64,000 nucleotides of DNA from assembly GCA_001816585.1 (NCBI GenBank), contig MHCJ01000006.1, forward strand, positions 64,040 to 128,039, written 5' to 3'. This DNA is from Candidatus Chisholmbacteria bacterium RIFCSPHIGHO2_01_FULL_52_32 (lineage in GTDB: Bacteria; Patescibacteriota; Microgenomatia; UBA1400; Chisholmbacteraceae). Shown one piece after another: positions 48,255 through 60,060 of the stretch. The position numbers and the translations under genes are program-made. Under the pieces are notes generated by a model. It was not told where the DNA came from. It saw only the letters and a program-made list of their open reading frames with translations, and did not search any database. Each line of letters starts with the position of its first letter. Within the stretch, counting starts at the first letter, position 1.

Positions 48255-51200
48255 TTAATTTTCTCCACTCCAGTCTTTACAAAGTAAATTTGCCTGTTCC
48301 AATACGGTTTGTGTTGCGCTTTCCTGTTTGTCCGGTGGGTAGTTGTACTTTCGTAAAAGCTTCTTAACATACACTCTTAATTTTGCTTGAACGTTTTCTT
48401 TGATTGTCCAGTCAATGGTGGTGTTTTTACGAAGCATGGACACAAGCTCTCTGGCAATCTGCATGAGTATTTTATCTCCCAACTCCCGGATGGCGCTTTC
48501 ATTGACGCATAGCGCATCATAAAAGGCCACTTCCTCGGGGCTAAGCCCAATCTCTCCACCTCGTTCTTTTTCTTTCTTAATTTTCTTGGCCAGTTCAACC
48601 AGTTCAGCGATCACTTGGGCGGCTTCGATAGTGCGATTCTGGTATTTCTTAATTGTCTCCTCAAGCATCTGAGCAAAAGAGCGTGATTTTACCAGATTAG
48701 ACCTCATCATAGTGACAATTTCATCATTTAGCAGGCGCTTAAGCATCTCAAAGGCCAAATTCTTATGAGGCAAATCTTTAACTTCAGCCAAGAATTCATC
48801 AGAAAGAATGGAAATATCCGGTGTTTTAATTCCTGTTGCCGAGTAGATATCAATAACCTTATCCGAAACAATCGCTCCCGAAACTATCTGTTTGATTGCC
48901 TCCTGATAATCTTCGTCAGTTGGTCCTCCGCCACCGCCCCCGCCGCCAGATTTTCTAATACCAGCTTTTACCGATTGGAAAAAGGCAACTTCGTCTCTGA
49001 TTTTCAGAGCCTCCTCATCGGGTACGGATAGGGAAAAGGCAAATGAAAGCTCAGTTACAGCCTGGATGTACCGCTTCTGCCCGTCTTCCAAGCCGAGAAT
49101 ATAATCCATAGCCGAAGCAATAAGTCTAGTACGCTCAGAAGCCGAGCCTTTTAATTTATCTTTATACTCAAACCCGTGGTACATCTGACAAACAACCTCG
49201 TACTTTTCAAGCATGATCCTGACTGCTTCTTCTTGGGGTATGGCTACTTTCTTGCGGTCATTGTCAGTGTAGTAAGCCAAAGCGTCCTTCAGCTCCGGTG
49301 CAATACCCAGATAGTCAACGATCAGTCCTCCTTGTTTGTCTTTAAAGACTCTGTTGACTCGAGCCACAGTCTGCATCAGTCCATGACCTTTCATTGGTTT
49401 GTCAATATACATGGTGTGCAGACACGGCACATCAAAGCCTGTCAACCACATATCCCGAACAATGACTAATTTTAATTTATCGTTGGGGTCTTTCATTCGA
49501 TTGGCTATATCGTGCCTTACCTGTTTGGTGCGGATATGTTTTTGCCAGTCCAAAGGATCAGCGGCTGACCCGGTCATCACTACTTTCAAAAATCCATCCC
49601 GATCATCATCAGAAGCCCAGTTTGGTCGAAGCTTAACCAGTTCGTTGTATAGCTCAACCGCAATCCTCCGGCTCATTGCCACCACCATACCTTTGCCGTC
49701 AACTGCTGAAAGTCTAGTTTCAAAATGTTCAACTAAATCCTTGGCGATAAGAGAAATACGCTTTGGAGCTCCAACCAAAGCTTCAAGCCGGGCCCATTTG
49801 CTCTTAAGCTTTTCTTTCTTTTCCACTTCTTCTCCTTCTGTTAATTCTTCAAACTCCGGGTCAATTTTAGGCCGTTCTTCTTCCTTTAAAGAAATCTTAG
49901 CCAGCCTTGCCTCATAGTAAATCGGTACTGTTGCTTTATCCTCAACTGCCTGGGAAACATCATAAACGTCAACATATTCTCCAAAAACTGCTCTGGTGTT
50001 TTTGTCTGTCAGCTCAATTGGAGTGCCGGTAAAGCCGATAAACGAAGCGTTGGGAAGTGCATCTCTCATGTGGCGGGCAAAACCATCGATAAAGTCATAC
50101 TGGCTACGGTGAGCCTCATCGGCAATAACCACAATATTTGTCCGCTCCGAGAGCATCTGGTAGTCATGTTTGCCGTTTTCGGGGAAAAACTTTTGGATAG
50201 TGGTAAAAACCACGCCACCAGAAGCAACTTTTAAGTATTCTTTTAATTGTTCCCGGCTTTCTGCCTGTTTGGGAGTTTGCCGAAGTAAACTTGAACAGCG
50301 GGAAAAGGTTCCAAACAACTGATCGTCCAAGTCATTTCTGTCTGTCAAAACCACAATCGTCGGGTTATCAAGTGCCTGGATGATTTTTCCGGCATAAAAG
50401 ACCATAGTTAAACTCTTGCCTGATCCTTGCGTATGCCAAACCACGCCACAGCGCCGGTCTCCTTCTTTTCCGGTTGCTTCCATTGTCTTAGAAACAGCCT
50501 TATTGGTAGCATGATACTGATGGTAAGCAGCTACTTTTTTGCTGATTTTCTCACCATCAGTCTCAAAGACCACAAAGTTATTGATAATATCCAAAAGTCT
50601 TTGTTTTTCAAAAATCCCTTTTAACAATACTTCCAGCTGAGGCACCGAGTTTGGCGCTAAATCCTGACCCTCAATAGTCCGCCACCTGGTAAACCACTCC
50701 ATGTTTGAAGAAATCGTTCCGGCTCTGGCTTCCAAACCATCGCTGATGATTGCCAGTTCGTTATAGGCAAAAAGAGAAGGAATTTCGCTTTTGTAGGTTT
50801 GAATCTGGTTAAAAGCGCCTTTAACAGTAGCTCCGGTATCTGCCGGGTTTTTCAGCTCGATAACCGCAACAGGAAGACCATTGATAAAGATAACGACATC
50901 CGGTCGTCTTTGGGCTCTGTTTTCGATAACCGTGTATTGGTTGACTGCCAGAAAATCGTTTTTATCAGGCTTGCTCAAATCCAAAAGTTTTACTTTATCT
51001 CCGGCAATTGAGCCATCTGTCCGTTGATATTCAACATCCACACCGTCACGAAGCATGGCATGAAAGGCTTTGTTGTTTACTGCCAGTTGAGGGCTTAAAG
51101 TAGATACTCGAAGCACTTTGCGTAAAGCATCTTCTCGGGCTCCCTCCGGTATATCCGGATTCAAACGGTTAATCGCATTTTGTAATCGTTCTACTAAAAC

Positions 51201-51341
51201 TACATCAGAGTAGCTTTTACGTTCCGGCCTTTCACCATCTGGCGGTGGAGCAATCTCTGGTCCTCCAACCACGCTATACCCAAGCTCTGAAAGCCACTCC
51301 AGCGTTGCCTGTTCTAAATCTGATTCTGTATATTTAGACAT
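48255..51341 (-). CDS. hsdR: Type I restriction enzyme R subunit
   Basis: PD...[28 protein letters not shown] and ARVNR motifs. Confidence 0.96.
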   Translation of the reverse strand: MSKYTESDLEQATLEWLSELGYSVVGGPEIAPPPDGERPERKSYSDVVLVERLQNAINRLNPDIPEGAREDALRKVLRVSTLSPQLAVNNKAFHAMLRDGVDVEYQRTDGSIAGDKVKLLDLSKPDKNDFLAVNQYTVIENRAQRRPDVVIFINGLPVAVIELKNPADTGATVKGAFNQIQTYKSEIPSLFAYNELAIISDGLEARAGTISSNMEWFTRWRTIEGQDLAPNSVPQLEVLLKGIFEKQRLLDIINNFVVFETDGEKISKKVAAYHQYHATNKAVSKTMEATGKEGDRRCGVVWHTQGSGKSLTMVFYAGKIIQALDNPTIVVLTDRNDLDDQLFGTFSRCSSLLRQTPKQAESREQLKEYLKVASGGVVFTTIQKFFPENGKHDYQMLSERTNIVVIADEAHRSQYDFIDGFARHMRDALPNASFIGFTGTPIELTDKNTRAVFGEYVDVYDVSQAVEDKATVPIYYEARLAKISLKEEERPKIDPEFEELTEGEEVEKKEKLKSKWARLEALVGAPKRISLIAKDLVEHFETRLSAVDGKGMVVAMSRRIAVELYNELVKLRPNWASDDDRDGFLKVVMTGSAADPLDWQKHIRTKQVRHDIANRMKDPNDKLKLVIVRDMWLTGFDVPCLHTMYIDKPMKGHGLMQTVARVNRVFKDKQGGLIVDYLGIAPELKDALAYYTDNDRKKVAIPQEEAVRIMLEKYEVVCQMYHGFEYKDKLKGSASERTRLIASAMDYILGLEDGQKRYIQAVTELSFAFSLSVPDEEALKIRDEVAFFQSVKAGIRKSGGGGGGGGPTDEDYQEAIKQIVSGAIVSDKVIDIYSATGIKTPDISILSDEFLAEVKDLPHKNLAFEMLKRLLNDEIVTMMRSNLVKSRSFAQMLEETIKKYQNRTIEAAQVIAELVELAKKIKKEKERGGEIGLSPEEVAFYDALCVNESAIRELGDKILMQIARELVSMLRKNTTIDWTIKENVQAKLRVYVKKLLRKYNYPPDKQESATQTVLEQANLLCKDWSGEN

Positions 51342-51343
51342 AT

Positions 51344-53776
51344 TTAGTAAACTTTTTCAGTTATTTTTATAAATTCGGCAATGTGATTATCTAGTTCAGA
51401 GATTGCCGATGGAATTTCTTTGTCTGCATGTAACAAATTTGAGTAACTGCAATACTTATAAATATTTCTTATTCTTTCCAAATCGGTATCGTTCAGCTTG
51501 ATAAGTTTTCCTTTACCAGATATTAAATTGTCGGTAACCTGAGTAAAGTTATCCTCTTTGTTCCATAATAGTAGTTCGTTTTTGATAAATCTTTCTATGG
51601 CTAACCGCAAAAGCTGACCATATTTCAAAGCTATTGCCTCTAGGCATAATGTGCCCTTTTTTGCCTGCTCTGTCATCTCCTGATAACACTGTTTTACATC
51701 CGCAAGTAAGTCAAATCCAGGATCAGAGTAGATAAAGCTTCCACCGAATTCTTCTCTATTTCTAGCTATACCAAACGTGATCGGGTTGGGATTCTCACAC
51801 TTTGATAAATACTTATAAAAAAGCGGGTGATGGGTTAATACGACAATCTGCCCAAAGGTTTTAGTTTTTTCATGGATGAGATCCGATAGTATCTTCAGAT
51901 TGGGAGCGTCAAGACTAGTTATTGGATCGTCTAGAATCAAGATAACGTCTTTTTTGTCACCAATATTCTCGTTCAACGCAAAGAAAAACGCCAAGGAAAC
52001 CATCTGTCTTTCGCCTTCTGATAAACCTTGCTTAAAAGCTCTTTCCTTTCCGCTTTTATCGTATATTCTGAAAGAAAAGGGGTACTCCTTCGTCTTCGGT
52101 GAAAGCTTAATATGCTTAAGTGTAAAATTGAGGTTGAAACGACCAATGATTTTTATCATTAAGTCAATGAGAGATTGAGGTATTTTCTCTGATAAATACT
52201 TTTCTAAATTGTCTTCTAACAAATCTACTTCCTGATCTAATTTTTCTTTTTCAGACTTTACCTTCTCGTGCTTTTTAATTTGCTCAACTCTTTCTCCTTC
52301 AACAAATGCGTAGATTCCTTCAAGTTCAGCAATCTTGTTGTTTACTTTTTGATGCTCTAGGTCAGTGTTCCTTTTTACCGAATATTTCTGTTTAAACTGG
52401 TTGATTTTTTGGTTCTTACTATCAATAAATTTGTTAAATTCAGTTATCAACTTGTCGAGTTTAACAAAAAAAGCATTTAATTCATCATAAGCGGAATCGG
52501 TACAATATTTTGGTTTTTCTAAAGTTTTCAGTTGCTGTAAAGCCCGCTGAAGTATTGATATTGCCTGAGAGGCTTTACTGCATATTTCAAATTTCTTATT
52601 GTAAGAAATCTTCTCGTCAATATTGTAAAGATCTTTAATTTCAAATTCCTGATTTACTTTCTCAAAAGAAGAAAAAGCCTCGAGTACATCTTCTGGTAAA
52701 TTAGTTATGAAGGTAAGATATTCCGTAATTTCTTGTTCAAGATTTTGAATATCGCTTAGGTATTTTTGCTTCTCGTTTTCATATGTTTTGTCAAATACCT
52801 GTCGATAATATTTGATGACAGCTGTTGCACCAGATAACGGTTGCATACACAGTGGACAGTTTTTGTTCTTTGTATCTGTAATCCTTTTATAATTTTCATC
52901 TTTTTCTAGGAATGACTTATGTTGCTCATAATGTGCTTTTATTAAAGAATCCGCACCATCTCCAGCAGTTTTTTTAATATCCCTTTCGAAAAGTTCAATA
53001 TAGACCTTCTTTGAAGAAATCTGGGGTCGGTCTGACAATTGATTTATCGTTTGAATCCCTGCTATTTGTGCTGACTTGTTTAGTAGTTTTGTGAGACGAT
53101 CCTTGTCTTTTTTTTGATCTGAAATTTCACTTAAAGTCCTTTTGGCAAGTGCTCCTTTTTGATTTTTATTTAAACTTTTATATTTGTTAAACAAGACTAT
53201 CTCTTCCGGGGAGACTGTTAGGTGCAATATGTCCTTGTTGTTGCTTTCAAACTGACTTAAGGCCATCTTTTTTTCCGAAAGATCCATCTTTTGTTTATTT
53301 GCCTGAGCGTCTAAGCTGATAATGAGATTGCCAGCGTTTTGGGTGTGATATCCCTGGATATTGCTAATCGTCCCGTGGGAGTGGATATTTTTATCTATAA
53401 AGTCAACATCAAAAAATAGGATATGTTTTTGTTCTTTTGGTGTATCATCCCATTTTCCTTGCTCGAAGCGGTATGTCTTCGTTGATATATTCCTTTTTAT
53501 ATAAGTTTTTCCATTTGGAGCTGTGTTTTTACTTAACTCAACGGTCTCAAGCTCAACTTCTGACAATACGGGTTTATCGCCTTCAAATCTTTGAAAACCA
53601 GTTAAGTCTTTCAGTATTTCACAGACTGAAGATTTCCCAGACCTGTTTTCTCCAAAGAAAACTGTAAAAGGAGAAAATGAACACTCTCTTCCAGTTTTAT
53701 CCTTACATAAACAATCCCACTGAAAATCTTGAAACGGTTTGTAATTTTTTATAGTTTTTATCTTCTTAATTTTCAT
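51344..53776 (-). CDS. ABC/SMC-like ATPase with zinc hook, RloC-like anticodon nuclease candidate
   Basis: [12 protein letters not shown] hook within coiled coil, [15 protein letters not shown] and LTHH motifs; C-terminal helical domain; lies between hsdS and hsdR. Confidence 0.8.
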   Translation of the reverse strand: MKIKKIKTIKNYKPFQDFQWDCLCKDKTGRECSFSPFTVFFGENRSGKSSVCEILKDLTGFQRFEGDKPVLSEVELETVELSKNTAPNGKTYIKRNISTKTYRFEQGKWDDTPKEQKHILFFDVDFIDKNIHSHGTISNIQGYHTQNAGNLIISLDAQANKQKMDLSEKKMALSQFESNNKDILHLTVSPEEIVLFNKYKSLNKNQKGALAKRTLSEISDQKKDKDRLTKLLNKSAQIAGIQTINQLSDRPQISSKKVYIELFERDIKKTAGDGADSLIKAHYEQHKSFLEKDENYKRITDTKNKNCPLCMQPLSGATAVIKYYRQVFDKTYENEKQKYLSDIQNLEQEITEYLTFITNLPEDVLEAFSSFEKVNQEFEIKDLYNIDEKISYNKKFEICSKASQAISILQRALQQLKTLEKPKYCTDSAYDELNAFFVKLDKLITEFNKFIDSKNQKINQFKQKYSVKRNTDLEHQKVNNKIAELEGIYAFVEGERVEQIKKHEKVKSEKEKLDQEVDLLEDNLEKYLSEKIPQSLIDLMIKIIGRFNLNFTLKHIKLSPKTKEYPFSFRIYDKSGKERAFKQGLSEGERQMVSLAFFFALNENIGDKKDVILILDDPITSLDAPNLKILSDLIHEKTKTFGQIVVLTHHPLFYKYLSKCENPNPITFGIARNREEFGGSFIYSDPGFDLLADVKQCYQEMTEQAKKGTLCLEAIALKYGQLLRLAIERFIKNELLLWNKEDNFTQVTDNLISGKGKLIKLNDTDLERIRNIYKYCSYSNLLHADKEIPSAISELDNHIAEFIKITEKVY

Positions 53777-55052
53777 AATCCCTTACTCTTAATTTTCCAC
53801 TCATTAACCTTGGTAAAAGTGAATCTCTTATAGATGTTAGACGCTCAATCTCATCATGTGTTTGTCGATATTTAGAAAACAATAAATCTATAAGGCCACT
53901 AAATTCGGCAAGTATTTCTTTTTTCGGAAGAACTACAGGAATTGAATTTAAATTGTTTTGATTAAGTTTTGGTTGAACAGCTCCTGTGATATAAGGTGCA
54001 ATATTTGTAACTTCAAGAAAAAGCTTTAAAACTTCAGTTGAAAATCCATTTTTACCCTTTAGTACATGGGCATGATTGTTGACCCAAAATTTTCCCCATA
54101 CATACTGTGTGACTGCAGTTTCTTTGTTGGTGATTACCGTTCCGTCTTCTCCAACCAATAAATATATTCCGTCAAAAATGAAGTCATTAACATGATCCAT
54201 TACGCCAGTTGCGCCGTAGTACCTAAAGTCTCCTTTGCGTTTCTCTCTTTCTCTATTCGATAGAGGTATTCTTTTTGAGTCAAAATTTTCTACAACATTT
54301 CCAAAGTGTCCAGCTTCCCACCCCTCCGGTATCTCTCCTAATTCCGAATTCACCATTTTGCCACCGCTTGATTTGTAAGGCCTACCATTTTCATCGGGGA
54401 ATTCAAAATCTACAAACCATTGCTTAAAGAGTGCCTTGCCGATTTCCTCAAGCGTATTGTTCATTTTCCGGTTGAGCTCGATCTTGTCATCAAGAGAAGA
54501 GAGGATCAAAATGATTATCTGTTGCTCGTGAATACTAGGTAATGCAAGCTTTATCAATTCAATAATTTGCCGGTTAGCGATATTGACTTGAACACTTCCT
54601 GTTGAGCGAGATGTTATTGAAGTAAATCCATATCTTGAGGTAAAAAAATACTTTAAATAGTCTGGTAATATCTTTTCAGTGTCAGGCCTTAAAGCTAAGA
54701 GCGCCTGGCTGATGATTCCTTTTGGGTCTTCGTCCGTAATGATTGATACCTTACCAAGCGTACCCGAACAACTAATGATCAGGTCATTTACTTTTACTTG
54801 AAATCTTTTTAGTTCTTCAAATTTTTCTTCATCTATATAGTATCTAAAGTCTCGAACACCATATATTGCGTGTTGTTGCTCATAGACAGGTATTCCTTCC
54901 GATTTTAGCTCAGGTCTTCTTAGCGCTGAACCGAAAGGCCCTCTGATATATCCTTTTTCTGACAATACATCCCTTAATTCAACTAGCTCCCAAGTTTGTG
55001 GAATTTCGCCGATTTCGGTTTGTTTGTAATTTGTTTTAGATGTCATATCCAA
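53766..55052 (-). CDS. hsdS: Type I R-M specificity subunit
   Basis: GEIP..W repeats; EQQII...LDDKIELN and [11 protein letters not shown] motifs. Confidence 0.94.
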   Translation of the reverse strand: MDMTSKTNYKQTEIGEIPQTWELVELRDVLSEKGYIRGPFGSALRRPELKSEGIPVYEQQHAIYGVRDFRYYIDEEKFEELKRFQVKVNDLIISCSGTLGKVSIITDEDPKGIISQALLALRPDTEKILPDYLKYFFTSRYGFTSITSRSTGSVQVNIANRQIIELIKLALPSIHEQQIIILILSSLDDKIELNRKMNNTLEEIGKALFKQWFVDFEFPDENGRPYKSSGGKMVNSELGEIPEGWEAGHFGNVVENFDSKRIPLSNREREKRKGDFRYYGATGVMDHVNDFIFDGIYLLVGEDGTVITNKETAVTQYVWGKFWVNNHAHVLKGKNGFSTEVLKLFLEVTNIAPYITGAVQPKLNQNNLNSIPVVLPKKEILAEFSGLIDLLFSKYRQTHDEIERLTSIRDSLLPRLMSGKLRVRDYEN

Positions 55053-56562
55053 CTTTTTTTAAATTCTCCTTTATTTTCTGTTCCAACTCTTTGGATTGTT
55101 TGAATTGCACTGAAAGTTCTTTTGTTAATCTTGCCATTTTTTCTTCGAATACTTCGTCATCTTCCATTTCAAAATCTGTACCCACATAGCGGCCTGGAGT
55201 TAAAACAAATCCATTCTTTTCTACTTCTTCAATCGTGGCAACCTTGCAAAAGCCCTTTTTATCCTCATACTTGCTGTTCTTGTTTCTCCAGTTGTGGTAG
55301 GTTTGGGAAATCGTGGCTATATCTTCATCGGTCAATTCCCGGTGTCTGCGGTCGATCATCTTACCCATCTTGCGTGCGTCGATAAATAGGATTTCATTGT
55401 GCCTGTCCCGAAACTTGTTGTTGTATCTGTCTCTTGAGACAAACCAAAGACATGCTGGAATTTGCGTGGTATAAAAAAGCTTATCCGGCATGGCGATAAT
55501 ACAATCCACCAAGCCGTTCTTAACCAGATTTTTTCTAATTTCTCCCTCTCCTGAAGTGTTTGACGAGAGCGACCCGTTAGCCATGACAAATCCGGCAATC
55601 CCTATTGGTGACAAATGATGAATAAAGTGCTGGATCCAAGCATAGTTGGCGTTTCCTGTCGGAGGTGTACCGTATTTCCAACGCATATCCTCACGTAATC
55701 TTTCACCGCCCCAGTCGCTGATGTTAAACGGAGGATTGGCTAGGATAAAATCGCTTTTTAAGTCTTTGTGCTGATCGTTGTGGAAGCTATCACCAAGCAA
55801 GATATGCTTACTCTCAATTCCTCTTATGGCAAGGTTCATCTTACAAAGCCTCCAAGTGGTAGCGTTTGACTCCTGACCAAAGATAGCGACATCGTCAAGC
55901 CTGCCGCCGTGAGTCTCGATAAACTTCTCGCTCTGAACAAACATGCCTCCTGATCCGCAACACGGGTCAAAAACACGGCCTTTGTAAGGCTCGATCATGT
56001 AGACCAAAAGTCTTACTACCGAAGCCGGGGTAAAAAACTCTCCGCCGCCCTTGCCTTCAGCGCTGGCAAATCGGCCGATAAAGTACTCATAGACTCGTCC
56101 AAGTACATCTTTTGACCGGCTTTCTTTATCTCCCAGTCCAATTGTACCGATAAGATCGATCAATTCTCCTAAGCGCTGTTTGTCTAAAGTTGGCCGGGCA
56201 TAATCTTTGGGAAGCACGCCTTTAAGCGAGAGGTTTTCTTTTTCAATTGCCACCATGGCATCGTCAACCAGTTTGCCTATTTCTGCTTTCTTGGCATTTT
56301 GTAAAAGGGAATTCCAGCGGGCTTCTTGGGGTACCCAGAAGACGTTTTCTGCTAGGTATTCGTCTTTGTCTTCGGGATCTGATAATTTGTCAGCTTTTAA
56401 TTTTTCGTGGAGTTCTTCGAAGGAGTCGGAGATATATTTAAGAAAGATAAGGCCAAGTACAACATGTTTGTACTCCGAGGGGTCCATGTTGTTTCGCATT
56501 TTGTCGGACGCCGCCCAGAGTTTTTCCTCAAACCCCAGATTGGCCGAGGTTGTTTTTTTCAT
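55036..56562 (-). CDS. hsdM: Type I R-M methyltransferase
   Basis: [14 protein letters not shown] and ANPPFN motifs. Confidence 0.96.
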   Translation of the reverse strand: MKKTTSANLGFEEKLWAASDKMRNNMDPSEYKHVVLGLIFLKYISDSFEELHEKLKADKLSDPEDKDEYLAENVFWVPQEARWNSLLQNAKKAEIGKLVDDAMVAIEKENLSLKGVLPKDYARPTLDKQRLGELIDLIGTIGLGDKESRSKDVLGRVYEYFIGRFASAEGKGGGEFFTPASVVRLLVYMIEPYKGRVFDPCCGSGGMFVQSEKFIETHGGRLDDVAIFGQESNATTWRLCKMNLAIRGIESKHILLGDSFHNDQHKDLKSDFILANPPFNISDWGGERLREDMRWKYGTPPTGNANYAWIQHFIHHLSPIGIAGFVMANGSLSSNTSGEGEIRKNLVKNGLVDCIIAMPDKLFYTTQIPACLWFVSRDRYNNKFRDRHNEILFIDARKMGKMIDRRHRELTDEDIATISQTYHNWRNKNSKYEDKKGFCKVATIEEVEKNGFVLTPGRYVGTDFEMEDDEVFEEKMARLTKELSVQFKQSKELEQKIKENLKKVGYDI

Positions 56563-56592
56563 AATTTTAAATTCTCCTATTTTTAAAATTCT

Positions 56593-56796
56593 CTACTTTT
56601 TCTTTTTTTGAGATTTGCTTTTTATATATGCTTCAATATCTTCTTTTTTATACCTGCGGTCACCAATACCACGCCTGGTGCCGATCCTAACAGCTTTTAA
56701 TATGTTGTCATTGTCCCATCTGCGGAGCGTCTGTTCGTTCACCTTCAAAATTTGGGCTGCTTGCTTGAGAGTTAGTAATTCGTCTATGCCTGTCAT
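56593..56796 (-). CDS. Excisionase/MerR-like HTH DNA-binding protein
   Basis: LLTLKQAAQILKVNEQTLRRWD...GDRRY. Confidence 0.87.
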   Translation of the reverse strand: MTGIDELLTLKQAAQILKVNEQTLRRWDNDNILKAVRIGTRRGIGDRRYKKEDIEAYIKSKSQKKKK

Positions 56797-56827
56797 ACAT
56801 TAATTGTCTTTAATTATACATTTATTA

Positions 56828-56856
56828 TTGTAAAAAGGGAAACGAACAAGTAGAAT
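56828..56856 (+). promoter_or_regulatory. Sigma70-type promoter for the pseudoknot RNA and Mrr-like gene
   Basis: TTGTAA, 17 nt spacer, TAGAAT. Confidence 0.6.
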
Positions 56857-56865
56857 ATAAACAGA

Positions 56866-56969
56866 TCAGAGCTGCGAAATATGCCTTCGGCGTGGTCTTG
56901 AACCCAAAAAGGGGCGACTCTCGTAGGGTTCAAGGCTTCGCAGCTCTGAATACTGGGGGTCGTCCCTTT
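56866..56969 (+). ncRNA. Candidate structured RNA with long pseudoknot (unassigned)
   Basis: 13 bp and 11 bp nested helices, plus a 14 bp pairing between the loop and downstream sequence. Confidence 0.65.
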
Positions 56970-57001
56970 CTGTTTGGAGGATGACCCAGAAAAGATAATA
57001 T

Positions 57002-57850
57002 ATGGGTCATAAAAATATTTTTGCTTCCGATGGTTGCCTAGCCCAACTTGTTTTCTTTGTTTTTGTGTTGATCTGTTTATTTTCCTACCCACCTTACGGA
57101 TTGTTACTGGGTATCGGAATCCTCTTTATAAGATTTCAACTTCATAAAAAGAAAAAGCTTGAGAAACAAAAAATAGAACTCGAACAAGTTCAAAAGGAGA
57201 TGGATGAGGAAGAGAAAATTAACAAAAGATTTGATGAGATGGATAAAGTTATCAACTCCATGATTAAAAAGGGAAAGATAGATAAGAATTTTATTAAAAC
57301 GCAGTTCGCTGATCTGATCCCAGCTGATATATATTCATCAGAGAAGGAAAAGGATAATCTTATTGATGAACACATAAAAAGACGGTTAAAAGGATTGGCT
57401 TATGAAGAGCGAGAATTGCGAAAACATGAGGCAGATACTTTTATGGCAAGATCGTATCTTCAAAGAAAGAAAATACAAACTCTAAAAAAGAATTTAAGAC
57501 AAGTTGATGATTTATTTGATTTAACACCTGTCGAGTTCGAGAAATGGGTAAAACGCAATATCTTTGAAAAAAAAGACTGGGAGGTAACGGAAACAAAAGC
57601 CACCGGTGATGGCGGTATAGACCTAATCCTAAATCGACAAGATGAACACTCCATAGCTCAATGTAAAAGGTTCAAAAAAACAGTTGGTGAACCGCTTATA
57701 AGGGATTTCTATGGTGTAATGATAAGTGAAGGCGTCAGTAAAGGTTATTTTGTAACTACCGGCCTATTTTCCTTATCTGCTCTTAAATTTGCAGAAGGCA
57801 AACCAATTGAAATGATTGACAGGCGAGTTTTAGCTCAAAAATACCTTTAA
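57002..57850 (+). CDS. Mrr-like restriction endonuclease with N-terminal TM segment
   Basis: LTPVEFE, TGDGGIDL, AQCKR and FVTTG.F motifs. Confidence 0.88.
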   Translation: MGHKNIFASDGCLAQLVFFVFVLICLFSYPPYGLLLGIGILFIRFQLHKKKKLEKQKIELEQVQKEMDEEEKINKRFDEMDKVINSMIKKGKIDKNFIKTQFADLIPADIYSSEKEKDNLIDEHIKRRLKGLAYEERELRKHEADTFMARSYLQRKKIQTLKKNLRQVDDLFDLTPVEFEKWVKRNIFEKKDWEVTETKATGDGGIDLILNRQDEHSIAQCKRFKKTVGEPLIRDFYGVMISEGVSKGYFVTTGLFSLSALKFAEGKPIEMIDRRVLAQKYL

Positions 57851-57911
57851 TTTCTTTCAATACCCACCTTATGATTTGGTCGATATAACGGGCTAATTCC
57901 AATTTTTCCTA

Positions 57912-57941
57912 TTGACAAAAGATTTACTCAACTGTTATCAT
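57912..57941 (+). promoter_or_regulatory. Sigma70-type promoter of the nuclease/topo VI-like operon
   Basis: TTGACA, 18 nt spacer, TATCAT with TGn extension. Confidence 0.65.
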
Positions 57942-58120
57942 TTATACAGCTTCTCTCAAGAAGCATAGGTTTAGTAAAGAGTACCTCTTCGTAGGAGCAA
58001 AAGGTCGAGTAAGGCCGGAGACTCCTTTTTTATTGCTTCCAAAAGTCCTTAGTTTAAGTTGTTGGTGATGGAGACATGATCTCCTGAGTGTCAGTTTTAA
58101 TAAATTGCTCAGGAGGTTTT

Positions 58121-58756
58121 ATGTCAAAACAATATAAAAACAAAAAATATTTAAAGCAAAAATATGAAGAGTTAGGTTCAACAAGAAAAGTCGGTAAATT
58201 CTTTGGAGTTTCCAATGGCACGATATGTTATTGGATGTCAAAGTACCGGATACCAAGAATCCCCAGATTAGATTTACAGGATAACAACTCAGGAAAAGGC
58301 AGACGAGGAGAGATTTATATTGTCGATCACCCTTATTTTCGAGGAAAAATAATTGATCTTGGACTAATTGACGATAAGTCAAAACGTGATCTTATCTGGG
58401 ACTCAAACTCCATTGACGTTAAAACTAGCCATTACAGGAGGCCAATTTTTAGAACAAAAGTAAAAAGGCATCGCTGTATTTTTTATATTTGCCTTTATTA
58501 CGATTATAAAGTCAGTGAATTCGTTCCGGTTGAGGTTTGGATTACTCCTGCACGTATTGCTTCCCATGAGAACATCGCTCCTGGTTTTAAGAAAAAGTCA
58601 AAATTTGACAAATATCGTCTGTCAAATCTCAGGGGAAAAGCTTTTAGCACTGATGAAGAAAAGAAATATAACCAGGAGTTCGAAAAACGTTACCAAAAAC
58701 TAATTGATAAAAAGAAAGCTCAAAGAACTAGAAAAAGCAAGGAGGTATCTCAATGA
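58121..58756 (+). CDS. HTH + putative PD-(D/E)XK nuclease protein
   Basis: HTH STRKVGKFFGVSNGTICYW; GRRGE...RDL...IDVKTS; AGGAGG RBS before ATG 58121. Confidence 0.7.
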   Translation: MSKQYKNKKYLKQKYEELGSTRKVGKFFGVSNGTICYWMSKYRIPRIPRLDLQDNNSGKGRRGEIYIVDHPYFRGKIIDLGLIDDKSKRDLIWDSNSIDVKTSHYRRPIFRTKVKRHRCIFYICLYYDYKVSEFVPVEVWITPARIASHENIAPGFKKKSKFDKYRLSNLRGKAFSTDEEKKYNQEFEKRYQKLIDKKKAQRTRKSKEVSQ

Positions 58757-60060
58757 AAAAACCACAATTCGTCCGTAAGCTTTTTACCACCAGTCGACTT
58801 CTGGAGTTTTTTACCGAAAAAGAACTATCGATGCAAATAGGTCACAGTAAAGAATGGTGGCCAATTGCTCTTTTAAAAGAACTTATTGATAACTCACTTG
58901 ACGCTGCAGAAAATATAAACAAACCCCCGGAAATCCAGATAGTAATTGCTGAAAACTATTTTTCTGTCGAAGACAACGGTCCTGGGATCCCTGATAAAGT
59001 GATTAATCGTTCATTGAACTACACCGTAAGAGTGTCGGATAAAAGCTATTATGTGAGTCCCACCCGAGGACAACTGGGAAATGCGCTTAAATGTGTATAT
59101 GCCGCCCCTTTTGTCGCTAATGGTGAAATAGGCAAGATTGAAATAGTGAACGGTAAAAAAACGTATATGATCGAGGTTGTTTTGGATCGAATAGACCAGA
59201 AACCAAAAATAAAGTTAAACAAACTCGATGAAGGCAATTGTAAAAAAGTGACAGTTTTTTACACAGATTCAGCAGGCTTACTTTTAACACCGAAAGTTTC
59301 AAATATTTACAAAACCCCAATGGACGCAGAAACCCTCGTAAAAAGATATGCCATATTTAATCCACATGCGACATTCAATTTAAACGGTAAAACGTATGAA
59401 CCTTCCAGCACAGTTTGGAAAAAGTGGTTACCAACAGAGCCAACTTCACCACATTGGTATACACCAGAGCAACTCAAAACGCTGATTGCTGCATATTTGA
59501 GCATGGATCGAGACAGCGAAAAAACCGTAAGAGAATTCATTGCAGAGTTTAGGGGTCTTAGTGGTACGACTAAACAAAAAGAGGCCACAGATGATGCAGG
59601 ACTCTCAGGTAAGAGGTTGTGTGACTTGATCGTCAACAACGATATACCTTTAGCACCAATTGAGAAACTTCTGATGTCGCTTAAAAAACATAGCAGACAA
59701 GTAAAAGCCACTTCTTTAGGTTCAATCGGTGAAGAACATCTTAAAACTAGAATGATGAATGACTATCACATAGCCCCTAATAGCTTTAAGTATAAAAAGA
59801 TAGCCAAGATCGATGAGGTAACTAATTTACCACATGTCATAGAAATTGGTTTTGCTATCTATGACAAAGACCATGAGCAAAATTCCCGACAAGTAATATC
59901 TGGTCTAAATTGGTCACCAACATTTGATTTTTTGAGTGAGGCAAAAACAATGTTGTTTGAGAACCACATAGAACCACAAGATCCAGTTTGTGTGGTTTGT
60001 CATATCGCCCGGCCAAAATTTGAATATACCGACAAAGGAAAGGAGCAAGTATGTCTTTAA
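58753..60060 (+). CDS. Topoisomerase VI subunit B-like GHKL ATPase
   Basis: KELIDNSLDA, VEDNGPGI and RGQLGNALK motifs; C-terminal YTDKGK. Confidence 0.85.
   Translation: MKKPQFVRKLFTTSRLLEFFTEKELSMQIGHSKEWWPIALLKELIDNSLDAAENINKPPEIQIVIAENYFSVEDNGPGIPDKVINRSLNYTVRVSDKSYYVSPTRGQLGNALKCVYAAPFVANGEIGKIEIVNGKKTYMIEVVLDRIDQKPKIKLNKLDEGNCKKVTVFYTDSAGLLLTPKVSNIYKTPMDAETLVKRYAIFNPHATFNLNGKTYEPSSTVWKKWLPTEPTSPHWYTPEQLKTLIAAYLSMDRDSEKTVREFIAEFRGLSGTTKQKEATDDAGLSGKRLCDLIVNNDIPLAPIEKLLMSLKKHSRQVKATSLGSIGEEHLKTRMMNDYHIAPNSFKYKKIAKIDEVTNLPHVIEIGFAIYDKDHEQNSRQVISGLNWSPTFDFLSEAKTMLFENHIEPQDPVCVVCHIARPKFEYTDKGKEQVCL

Noticed and set aside
48924-48950. Poly-Gly tract in hsdR as a phase-variable repeat
   Set aside because: Mixed Gly codons rather than a homopolymer; looks like a flexible linker.
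56814-57092. 92 aa minus-strand ORF
   Set aside because: It overlaps the Mrr-like gene and the promoter/RNA region; the base pairing explains the sequence better.
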